Part shown: one piece after another, positions 39,590-50,180 of the stretch
Numbering within the stretch: position 1 is the stretch's first letter
How the letters are laid out: every line of letters starts with the position of its first letter
Source of the DNA: Camelus dromedarius
Taxonomy: Eukaryota
Length of the DNA stretch: 64,000 nucleotides
Assembly: GCF_036321535.1 (NCBI RefSeq)
Contig: NC_087436.1
Location: 121,584,001 to 121,648,000, forward strand
Direction: 5' to 3'
Notes under the pieces: model-generated
Seen by the model: only the letters and a program-made list of their open reading frames with translations
Databases searched by the model: none
Told to the model about the DNA's origin: nothing
Made by a program: the position numbers and the translations under genes

Positions 39590-40165
39590 GGATCACAGAA
39601 ATGCAAGTCAAACAACAATGACATACCACCTCATATCTGTTAGGATGGATACTATCAAAAAAAAAGAAAACAAATGTTGGCAAAGATGTGAAGAAATTGG
39701 GACCCTTTTGCTCTACTGGTGGGAATGTACAATGGTTCCTCAAAATTTTTTAAACAGAATTACCATATGATCCAGCAATTCTAATAATGGGTATATACCT
39801 CAAAGAACTGAACGTAGGGTCTCAAAGAGACACTCGTATATCCATGTTCATAGCAGCACTATGCACAATTGCTGAAATGTGGAAACAAACCGAGTGTTCA
39901 ACGAGGGATAAATGGATAAGCAAAATGTGGCATATACATACAAAGGAATGTTATTCAGCCTTAAAAACAAAGAAAATCCTGACACAGTCTACAGCATGGA
40001 TGAACCTCAGGAACATCATGCCAAGAGAAATAAGTCAGACAGAGAAAGACAGATACCATATGATTTCACTTATCTAAAAACAAGACAAAAAAACCAAACT
40101 CATGGATACAGAGAACAGACTGGGGGAGGCAGTGCAAAATGCGTGAAGAGAGTTGAAAGGTAATC
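39590..40165 (+). mobile_element. L1 ORF2 C-terminus / 3'UTR fragment
   Basis: GAAATGCAAGTCAAAC...CCATATGATCCAGCAATTC...ATGTTCATAGCAGCACT; ORF 39787-40077 translates as the L1 ORF2 tail. Confidence 0.88.
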
Positions 40166-40479
40166 CATAGGGAAAAGAAGGAATGGGTTACAGTCAGCCT
40201 TACATATCCAATGCTGCAGAACCACGGGTACGGAGGGCTGGTTGCATCTCGTTTTATGTTTGACCTTGAAAGCCTTTTAATATTTTACAAAATTAGAAAA
40301 CAAAATTAAATTTAAAAAAATCAATTCCTTAGCCACTATTTCATAATAACTATAAATGGGGGTATAGAACCTTTAAAAATTACAAATCATTGTATTACAC
40401 ACCTGCAATTTATATACTGTTGTACATCAAATACACCTCAGTTTTTAAAAAAGCAACTCCTAAATGTCGAAAGCAAAAT

Positions 40480-41740
40480 AAAAAACAAAAGACTACTACA
40501 CATCTAGTGGAGGCAAAATCATGGAGTAACTATTCTAAGTGACTTCAAAACACAGTAATTTAACTACATATTCCAAATAAGGATGCAAAAAAAAACCCTC
40601 TTAAACAGTTTTTATTAGTTGGGGGTAGTGTTTGTATTATTCTTCTGATACTGAAATGTGTGTACAGTGTCGGATAAAACAATGAGTAATTAGAATCAAG
40701 ATATTTGTCTTAGGGGAAAAAAGATACAGGTGTAAGATCAAGAAGGTTAAACACAACTCTGTCAAAGTGTCAGTAATCCACGATGTGTGTGCACTGAAAA
40801 GACCTGGAAACAATGATCAATTTAGTGGTAATGAACAACCTCAGGGCACAGACTATGATTACTAAATACTATTTTTTCATTAAAAGAAACCAAGGCTCCT
40901 TGGAAAAAATGGACAATTCCAGGGCTGGGACAGAAAATGTATAAGATGAGTCTGGTACAGTTTGTCATACAGAAAGAAGATCAAACAAAGACTATTAGAG
41001 TTGTGTCCAAAGGATTTAGGAGCCAATTTGAACAAATTCTTACTGGACAATGATGCAATAATTTGAGTATCAATAAGGATCTACAATGGACTGAACCATA
41101 TCAAATATGTTTAAATCCACGAGTTCACAATGACACAAATACATGTACAGAATTCACTGGCTACTTCTGGAGGATGCCAGCTTATTATTTCCAAAACTAG
41201 TAAGAGAGGAATTAAGCATTTATCCTCCATTTCCTAAAAGAGCTATAATTCACGGTAACTAAATTACGGAGGGGAAATTTCTCTTTATAGAAATATTCCA
41301 GCTAATAAATGATTAAGTTATATAATTAAAATATCAACATTTTTCAATGCCTCAAGAAATACTGACTCTAAACACTGGCAAGAAGACTACTCATCTTTAT
41401 CTGCATACTAATCTATAAAGTCTTCTTGACAAAAATAAATCCAACCTGAATCGGATCACGCCTTAGATCCAACCAAATTACAGTAAATGTACAGCAGATT
41501 CTGTATAGTTAACTACAAAACAGAATAAAATCCAGACTGTGTGTAATTCCACAGGACAAACCATCAATTTGAGCAACAAATAAATTACAAGAGATAACAA
41601 AAGATGGAGGAGCCTACGGATTAAAACAAGTTACAATGTACGCATAGCATTTGGGCCCTGATTCAAACTGTTAAAAAAAAATAAGAAAGAGAGAAAATCA
41701 AGAAAATTTTAACACTGGTCGGATATTTGATTTTTCCAGG
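40480..41740 (+). mobile_element. L1MC-type 3' region remnant
   Basis: AAAAGAAACCAAGGCTCCTTGGAAAAAATGG...CCAGGGCTGGG; paralogous to 3200-4720. Confidence 0.6.
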
Positions 41741-43283
41741 GTTTTTTAAAAAAGCATCTTTTAAAGCATTTCAATATTTACTTTTCTGACTCAGTACAAT
41801 GACTACTTGAAAGAACTAACCAAAACCTAATCATCAAGAGAAACAGCTTTTATAGTAAAAGCAGTAACACAAAACTGAATACCAAACAAAACCTTGTCAG
41901 TATCAGACAATATCAAAGAGTTAAAAGAGAAAATGGTTAGCTGTAGTAATCAGATTTTGGAAAGGAAACGATCCCACCTTTTGGAGCCTGGATAGAATTT
42001 AGGTTCCTGTCATTCGGTGAGCCTCTGGAACTAAAACCACACAAGCAGTAAAATATCGTTTGTCCTGCCGTAAACCACATCAAAACTCTGAAAAGCGCTC
42101 TGACTGCCAAAACCATCCACTTCCTTAAAAAACAACTTTACTGTTCTCGTTTTCCCCACAGTCAGTCAAAGGGGTATATTACGATTTTGGATTTAAAAAA
42201 AATTCACACGTGCGCTGGCATCTGCCCATTAATTAAAGACTCCATTGATTACAATCTCACCCTCATGCAATTCACCCTCTTTGCCTGGTGCACCCTCCCC
42301 TCTCTGATGCCTGCTGAACTCCTGCTCGTCCACTCTGACTCATTTTCACCTGGGGCCTTTACTGATGTGTTTTGCAAAGAAGACAGGGTGGACCTTTCAG
42401 CAGCGTATTTCCTATCCTCATTAAGATTTAATCAATTTTTCACATGCAAAAAAAAAAAATCGTTCTGTAACTCTCCAGCACTGCATACACCTATCAGGTA
42501 TGTTTCTGGTTCTTGGAGATACGACAACTGCTTTATGTCATTTAGGCAAATTCAGATGGTCACACCACCAGCAGTTTCAGATTAACCAAAATATTTATTT
42601 CAAGGTAGGTACGCATGAAATGAGCACCTACAAAATATCCTGAGCCATGAATTACAAGAGCAATAATAAAACTGTTAGAGGCAGAGACCCTCTGACACCC
42701 CTCCCCCCCCCAAAAAAAACAAAGCGAAAAAGAAAGGAAAGAGAAGGAGGGGCGAAGACGTCCAACAGCCTTCACTAATAAAGTTGCAGGACAACCTTAT
42801 TACCATTCGCAGGCAGGTCTGGCTTTTCCCTTTTTCGCAGAAGCTGTCGTTTTTTAAAAACCGAGAGCTGACAGGCAGGATCCGGATGCCCGAGTCTGTC
42901 TGCGCCTATGCACAAACATCTCGAGCCGTCCGCGCTTCGGACCACGGGCCCGGCCGTCGCGAGCACCAGGCTGACTCAACGCCCGGCCCGGACCCTGCTT
43001 TTCCACACGGACCACGAAGCCCCCCGCCCAGCCCACAGACGAGCTGCCCAGGCGCCCCCACAGACAAGCCCGTGTGGAGAGAAGCTTGCAGGGCGTTGGC
43101 CCCTCCGCACCCGGCCAGGGCCCACGGCCGAACGACGGGGACGCCTCCCGGGGCGGCCCCCACGGGCCCCCCGCCAGTGCGGACCCACCCCCCGCGCCGC
43201 CGCCGGCCCGGGGCCCGGCCTGAAGCCCCTGGGCCGCTCCGCCGCGCTACGGGCCCCGCCGCCGCCCTGCGCAGGGGCCTCAC

Positions 43284-43467
43284 CTCAGGGGCGAATCGCG
43301 GGCAGCGCGCGGGCTCCCAGGTGCGAGTGCGGCCGCCGCCCGTCCGCTCCCGCTAGGGCTCCGGCTCCGCCCCCTGCCCGCCGCGCGCACCCCAGCCCGC
43401 AGCTCCGACCCGCCCGGCCTCCCGCCCCCTCCGCCCTCGGCGCAACCCCACCGCCAGAGCTGGGTGC
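43284..43467 (-). other. ADD1: ADD1 non-coding exon 1 (5' end approximate)
   Basis: Donor CTGAG|gtgagg at 43283; GCACCCAG...GGCCGCACT...CCCGCGCGCTGCCCGCGATTCGCCCCTGAG resembles the recalled human ADD1 5'UTR and joins GAACCTAGAAAG of exon 2. Confidence 0.85.
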
Positions 43468-43547
43468 GGCCTGCAGCGGCCGCAGCCCAACAACGCGCCA
43501 GCCCACAGGCCCAGCCCTCGCCTCACCGCCCAGCAACGCGCCCTGCG

Positions 43548-43612
43548 ATTGGCTGGACGCGAGCGGGCGGGCGGGGCGGGGCGGGGCCAGGATGCGGTGG
43601 GCTCCGCCCGGG
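43548..43612 (-). promoter_or_regulatory. ADD1: CCAAT box and clustered GC (Sp/KLF) boxes upstream of ADD1 exon 1
   Basis: ATTGG at 43548-43552 (CCAAT on the minus strand) and GGGCGGGGCGGGGCGGGGC at ~43569-43587. Confidence 0.7.
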
Positions 43613-44549
43613 GCCGCGGCCTTTCGCGAGTCCGAGCAGCGGCCGCCCCGCCCGCCCGCTGCGGAAGGCGGACGGTCGGTTGCATTGGGTCCCCGGGTCG
43701 CAGCCACACAGGCCTCGTCGCTGAAGCCCCGGGCTGGCTGTGCCAGCGGCGCCCGCTCGGCCGCTCATTCATTGCCGCTGGTCAGGCTCGGGGAGGCTTC
43801 CCGCGGGCCAGGTTCACGGGATACTCTGGGGGGCGTGCTAAACGGTGGCTCCAGGCCCACCTCCGCCAGAAAGGGCCTCTCCCCGCCCGCCTCGCCGGCT
43901 CCTCCAGCAGACGGCCCCGGCGCCTGTGCCAGCCTGTGCTGGGCTGTGTCCAGACGCCGCTGCGGGCGGCCCGGCCCACTGGCAGAGCTGGGGGCTGGGC
44001 TGGCAGCAGGGTGGGGCCGGGCATCGGGGTTTGTGGATCCTGATAAGGCCCCACAGAGCGGGCGGGCGGCTGCCTGCTGATGTGGATGAACGAGCGCCAG
44101 TCACCGCCGCACAACCAGGGCTTTGGTGAGACCAGGACACCTTCCAGTGACCTGGAGGCTGGACTAGACACCACATCAGCACCTGCCTCCAAAGTGCCCC
44201 TCATGTTGTCTTATCTGAGTCCCCAAAAGACCCAGGAGACGTACGAGTAGGGCTTCTAGCTCCCTTTATACCCACAGAAATTGAGGTCCCGCGTTGGACA
44301 GTGGAAGAAAAGTGTGGAACCCAGGCAGCCGGTGCCAGCACAGTCCTCTTTGGCCTTGTCCGTGGAAGGGTCGGGGATACTGTTTATGGATAATAGACCT
44401 CTGATCTGGACGTTGGCTTTTCTCAGAAGACTATTCTGACAAGAGTCCACAATTCTGCATCACTCACTCCTGTTCCCCTTGCACACAGCGGCAAGGCAGG
44501 GCCCATAGGGGTATCAGTCAGGGCTTGCTGGAGGGAGGATGACAGTAGC

Positions 44550-44935
44550 AGAAGATAACTGAGCATGTGAAGTAGACACAGAAGATACAAAGAAGACCCA
44601 AGTCAAACTTCCAAAGCTGAAAAACACAATGTCAGAAATGAAGAATTACACTCATTGGGTTCAACAGCAGATTAGACCCCACAGAAGAAAATATTAGTGA
44701 ACTTAATTACATGGGAAAAGAAACCAAGTGAAACAGAGAGAAAAGAGCCTGGAAAAGAATGAACAGAGCACCAGTGAGCTGTAGACACCTTCAGGAGGCC
44801 TAGTATATATGAAATTGGAGTCCTTGAAAATAGAGGTGGAGGTTGGGAGGATAGAAATACTGTTTGAAAATACAATGGCTAAATTTTTTTAATTTGATAG
44901 AAACTATAAACCCACAGATCCAAGCAGCTCAGAAA
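44550..44935 (+). mobile_element. Old L1 ORF1 fragment
   Basis: AGCAGATTAGAC...GAAAATATTAGTGAACTT...AACTATAAACCCACAGATCCAAGCAGCTCA. Confidence 0.8.
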
Positions 44936-44937
44936 GT

Positions 44938-46789
44938 AACTTCTGGCTTGCTACTGGACTCTGGTAGAAACGGAATGTTTCTTTGGGACATCAAAAGTGA
45001 CTCTGTGGCCAGAACTGCTCATCGTTTGGTTCTGTCCGACTGCCAAGACAAAGTCAGGTAGATAAGTTATAATCTGAAATTAGTAGATCCAGGATTGGGT
45101 TCACGGAGGGGCAGAGGTAAGTGGTCCAGACCCCTGCTACTGCAGCTCCAGTACCTCTCAGCTCACACCTGTGGTCTCAGGGGATTCCCTGTGACACAGT
45201 GACAAAGGGGGAAAAAATATATTATTAGTCATAGGAAGGTTGGCTCAATGCACTGGTGTGTGCTGAAAATGGCCTGCTGCTGCTGCCCTGTAGCCCCACC
45301 CTGCGGTCACCCTGAAAGGACATCATCTCAAACCTTCAGATGGTGAAACTGACCACTCACTTTGTGTGGAGGGAGACATGGCCTGGACTCACAGGCAGTG
45401 AGAAATGATTTAGCTGGTTTTTCAGGAGCTTAGAAGGAGAAATCTGGACGTTCAGGGACAAGGAGGTACGAGGCACGTGGACCTATGAGAACTGGTGCAA
45501 AGGGTGAAGATCTTGTATTGCATGTTAATGTCTGCCAGAGAGCACCCACCACAGAGGCTGTAAACAACCAAGCAGATGGAGTGGCTCAGCCAGCGGGGAT
45601 CAGCCAGGATCTGTCTTCTGCATAATCGTCTCACGAATGAAGCAGCCATGATGGCAAGGTGGAGGCTACGCATGAGCCCATCAGCATGGGCTCCCTGTAA
45701 CCAAGGCTGGTCCAGCCCCTGTCATGGCCAGTGTCTGACCTGTCAGCATCAGACACCAAGGCTGAGGCCTGCAGGAGCCAACCAGCCACCTGTGGCAAGT
45801 TGATGACACTGGATTCCTTCTGTCCTAGAAAAAGCAATGACTCATGCTCTTCAAGATAGAGTGTGGGTTTGCCTTTTCTGCCTGAGATACTTAAGCCAGC
45901 ACCACTACCAAGCACTCACAAAGGTCTGGTGTGCTGACATGAAATCCTACACCACCACCTAGTACTAAAAGATCTGCTTTATGGCAAAGGAGATGTCTCA
46001 GTGGACACCAGACCAAGGACCTGCCACCCCTGCTGTATACTGTACCATCCGGGAGTTGCTGATCTACTAGAGAGATGGACCAGCCACTTGAGGACTCAGT
46101 GAGGCTCCAGCTGGTAAATGACATTAGTGGTAGGCATTCTATATCAATAAGCAACCGTTTTGCAAGGCTCCATCTCTAATAGGTAGACTGCCCAGTGACC
46201 CACGTGAGGAATTTGTGCCTCCCACTCTGCAGCACTAAGTACAGCGAGTCTAGAGGTTGGGGTTACCAACGAGGACATTTTTCCAGGGGACACAGTTGCC
46301 ACCTGGTCACTCGGGACAACTTGCGTCAGTAGATCAGAGGCACAGAAAGGAGCACCACACTGGCAGCGGTAGCTGACCCTCACTATTGTGCGTGTGCAGG
46401 GCTCCCAGCCACATGCTGTGATTGGCGCTCAGGCTCTCAGGGGCAGGGTGTCCCTGGGTACTCCCAGACCCAGTAACTGTAAACAGGCAGGCATGGCAAC
46501 ACGGCCTGATAAGGGCAGGCTCCCCGGGAGGGGGGCCTTCGGGGGCGAACTATCTAGAAGAGCCAAAGGGCTGGCATGAGGAAGAGAGATCTAGCGTGGA
46601 TGGTGGAAAAGGGAACGCTGAGTTGTCAGCGGTGGCCCTGGGGCCGACTGCAGCAGTGGGGCTGCACAGGCCATCCTTCCGTCTCTTGGCCGTTCTCCTG
46701 GGTACTGTGGCCAGTCAGAATGCTGAAGAGTTTGTGTCTGAATGGATTGAACTCAGTGTGAGAAACAAGTGGATCTGATCAGTTCCAGG
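44938..46789 (+). mobile_element. Degraded ERVL-class internal region (pol RNase H / integrase remnants)
   Basis: Broken frames read LLACYWTLVET, HVNVCQRAPTTEA.NNQ, GGYA.AHQHGLP, CLTCQHQ and WQVD, typical of ERVL pol. Confidence 0.75.
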
Positions 46790-47223
46790 GGTGGAATTAG
46801 TGGTTGCCATTGGTGCCCTGCCCAGATTGCCTTTCCGGGTTGGTGCTGGAAGTGGTCCCCTCTCCAGGTGCTGTGAATGTTACCTGCTAATGGCCCTCAG
46901 AGCCCCTTTCTCCAGAGTGTTGCCCTCGCCCGGGCGATTCTCTCCCTTCCTGGACTGCCCAGACCCAATAACTGGCTGACCCAGGGGCACACACGGCTGG
47001 TCCCCTCAAAGCAAAGCCAATTCTGGGACAAGTCATACTCCAGAGCGCCCCACGAAGATCAGGCGGAAGCTGGTTCTCCAGCTGAGACCACTGCCTGCCT
47101 CTGTGCTTCCTTCGTGCTGTCCTGGTCTCCCCACGCGGTTTCCCCTGAGGACGTTCCCTCCGTAAGTCATTTGCACAAGAGCCCTGTTACAGGCTTTGCC
47201 TCTGAAGAACTCAGTCTAAGAAG
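46790..47223 (+). mobile_element. ERVL LTR (LTR16-like)
   Basis: GTGCCCTGCCCAGAT...GAAGATCAGGCGGAAGCTGG...CAGGCTTTGCCTCTGAAGAACTCAGTCTAAGA terminus, directly 3' of the internal region. Confidence 0.65.
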
Positions 47224-47229
47224 ACCGTG

Positions 47230-48150
47230 AATGAGAAAGACTCGTGAATCTCCAACTCAGCACCGAGAAAGCAAATAACCCAACTAAGAAGCGGGCAGAG
47301 AACCTAAATAAGACACTTCTCCAAAGACACATGTAAACCAGTAAGCCCGTGAAAAGACGCTCAGCATCACTAATCATTAAAAAACTGCAAATCAAAATCA
47401 CCACGAGGTACTACTTAACTCCGTCAGGACTGCTATTATAAAAAAAGAAAAGAAAGAAAGAGAAGAGGAAAGGAAAGGAAAATAAGTGTTGACAAGGATG
47501 TAAAGAAATTTGAACCCTTGGGCATTGCTGGTGGGAATGTAAAATGGTACAGCCGCTGTGGAAAATGGTGTGGTGGTTCCTCAAAAAGGTAAAGAATTAC
47601 CCTATGACACTGCAGTTCCACTTGTGGCACACACCCAAAGGGACTGGAGAGACTAACCTGTCTGTGTGTCTGTGCTCAAGGCAGAGTTGTCAACAGTAAC
47701 CAGAGGTGGAAGTGTTGAGTGACGACGCAAATGCTGTCAAGTGAAGGGATGAACAAAGCATGGTTTATGCGCACAAGGGAATATTATTCAGCCTTGAAAC
47801 GAAGGAAATTCTAACACCTGCTACAACAATGGAATCATGAAGATGTTATGCTGCCTGAAATAAGCCAGTCACAAAATGACAAATCATGGTTCCACTTGTA
47901 TGAGGGACCTAGAATAGTCAAATTCATAGAGAAAGAAAGGAGAGGTGGTTGCCAGGGGCTGGAGGAGGAGGAATAAGGAGTTACTAATTAAGAGATACAG
48001 AGTTTCAGTCTAAACAGGATGAAAGAGTTCCGGGGTTGGATGGTGGCGATGGTTTCACAACAAGGTGAATGTACTTCATGCCGTGGCACTGTACACTTAA
48101 AATGGTTAAAATGGTAAAGTTATATCATGTGTATTTTACCATAATAAAAA
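47230..48150 (+). mobile_element. L1MA/MB-type 3' end
   Basis: GCATTGCTGGTGGGAATGTAAAATGGTACAGCCGCTGTGGAAAA...CTGTACACTTAAAATGGTTAAAATGGTAAA...CCATAATAAAAA. Confidence 0.9.
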
Positions 48151-48273
48151 ATAGTTTTAATGCTATTAAAATATACCTTCCTTTTCCAAGAAAATAGAAA
48201 GGAAGGGTGGGAGGGAGGGAAGGAAGGAGGAAGAAAGAAATACTGTCTTGTGTGGGAGTTAAAAAAATAATAT

Positions 48274-48430
48274 GGAGGGAGGGTTTATCTCAGTGGTAGA
48301 GTGGCTGCTTAGCATGCATGAGGTCCTGGGTTCAATTCCCACTACCAGCATAAACAAACAAACCTAATTACTCCTCCCCCCCGAAAAAAAGAAGAAAAAA
48401 ATAAAAAGAAGGAAAATTTTTTCAAAAAAC
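48274..48430 (+). mobile_element. tRNA-Ala-derived SINE (Vic-1-like)
   Basis: GGGAGGGTTTATCTCAGTGGTAGAGTGGCTGCTTAGCATGCATGAGGTCCTGGGTTCAATTCCC plus AAACCTAATTACTCCTCCCCCC and an A tail. Confidence 0.88.
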
Positions 48431-48859
48431 AGTACAAAATTAGACATGTAGACAACAGTAATATCAAGTCATGAGGAGATCAATAAAGTTAAAGTCACCC
48501 AAAGTCCTAGTGTTGTCCAGGAAGGACACAAAAATACTTACTATTCTAGAATTAGTTAAGACTAGAAATGGACTGTATAACTTTTGAACTAGACGAAGAG
48601 GGAAAGTGGAAGGCTTAGAAGCTCCCCAATCCAAAGGAAGGAAAACAAAGGAGAGAAAAGGAGAAAAAGCAGCACAGAAGAGACGGCCCAAAACACAAAC
48701 GGAGATTCAGTTACGTTTAACACAAGTCTAGCTAGAAGACATTTCCCCCATTCTAGCAACAGACAATGAAAAATTAAATGAAAAACATACACAATAGACT
48801 AAGAGAAATGTGAAGTATCTATGAATCAAACCCAGCAAAAGCTGTGGCAGACTGTAGTG

Positions 48860-50180
48860 GAAATTTTTTTTTTTTTAATCCTATGGGAAAGCCTTGAAGA
48901 ATAGAAACCAAACAAGAGTTAGACCCATGTTCATGAATCAGAAGGCTCAATGTTGTAAAGATGTCCATTTTCCCCAAGCTGTTTCATAGCTACAATGAAT
49001 TCCCAGTTAAAACACCAACCAAGTTTTTATTAATTGAACTGACCAGGATAGCCAAGACACTTTCAAAGAAGAAAAATAAGGTGAGGACTTACTTTACCAG
49101 ATATCAAGACATAAGCAAGCGACAGTATTAAGATAGCGTGCTATTGGTGTAGAAATGGACGGATGGAACAGAACAAAGAGTCCACAGACTTACACACCTA
49201 TGGAGACATGGCAAGCGGCACTGCAGATGGGTGGGGACAGGACAGATTATGAATACATGATGCAGGGGTAGGTGGGTGACTCTTCGGGGGGGAATGAAAG
49301 TGACTCCTTATCTTGCTATATGCCGAAAACGATTACAGAGCTGGAGAAAGTACGGGTAACACATCACAATACTGAGGATATACAGCCAGTTCTTAACGAT
49401 GCATAAGAAAGAGACAGCAGAAAAAATGGGCAGAAGATTTGAATAAACAGTCCACAGGAGACAAAATCAAAACGGTTAATAAACACATGAAAATGTGCTC
49501 AACCTCATTCGGAATTAGCTAAATGCAAATTAAAGCCATAATTATACACCCGCCGGTCGGCAAAAACAAAAAAGAGCCTGGCAATACCAAGTGTTGGCAA
49601 GGATGTGGAACCAGGGAAAATCTTTTACTGCAAAATTCTTTGAAAACAAAAGTCCTGATGCCCTAGAACTCAGGAGTCAGACCCCAGAGAAACTCCTGCA
49701 CACACATCAGAAACACAGATAAGACTATTGCTAGTAGCACTGTCTGGGATGGTTCCAAACTGAACACAAGCCAGAAGTCCATCTGCAGTAAAACAGATCT
49801 GTGAACTACCATGGTCATACAGTGGAACGGCTTTCAGTAGTGAATTTGAGCCAGCTGCAGCTATGCACAGCAACATAAATGAATCTCAAAGACACCGTGA
49901 TGGGGAGAAGCAGCCAGACGCCAAAGCTTGCGTCTATCTGTATGATTCCACTCACATAAAATGCAAAAACAGGAAACCAGGAAATGGGGGCTTCATAGCA
50001 AAACAGGAACAGGAGCCCCACCAAAGCCAGGGCATGGGTTACTTGTGAGGGACGGGATGGTGATGAGATGGGGAGGGTACATGGGGGCTGGAGGGTCTAC
50101 TTCCTGACGTTCATTACGTGACAGTTTGTTAAACGCTGTACATTTGCGCTTTGTTCACTTTTCTGAATGTGTTTTAGTCC
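48860..50180 (+). mobile_element. Old L1 (L1ME-like) ORF2 / 3' fragments
   Basis: CCCATGTTCATGAATCAGAAGGCTCAATGTTGTAAAGATGTC; GGCAATACCAAGTGTTGGCAAGGATGTGGA. Confidence 0.75.

Larger units (their letters stand above)
42880..44110. promoter_or_regulatory. ADD1: CpG island over the ADD1 promoter and exon 1
   Basis: About 1.2 kb of very GC-rich, CpG-dense sequence between AT-rich flanks. Confidence 0.95.

Noticed and set aside
39787..40077. 96-aa ORF
   Set aside because: It is an L1 ORF2 C-terminal remnant.
42908..44080. 390-aa plus-strand ORF and overlapping ORFs
   Set aside because: Low-complexity Pro/Arg/Ala/Gly ORFs in several frames are expected in a CpG island; no recognisable domain.
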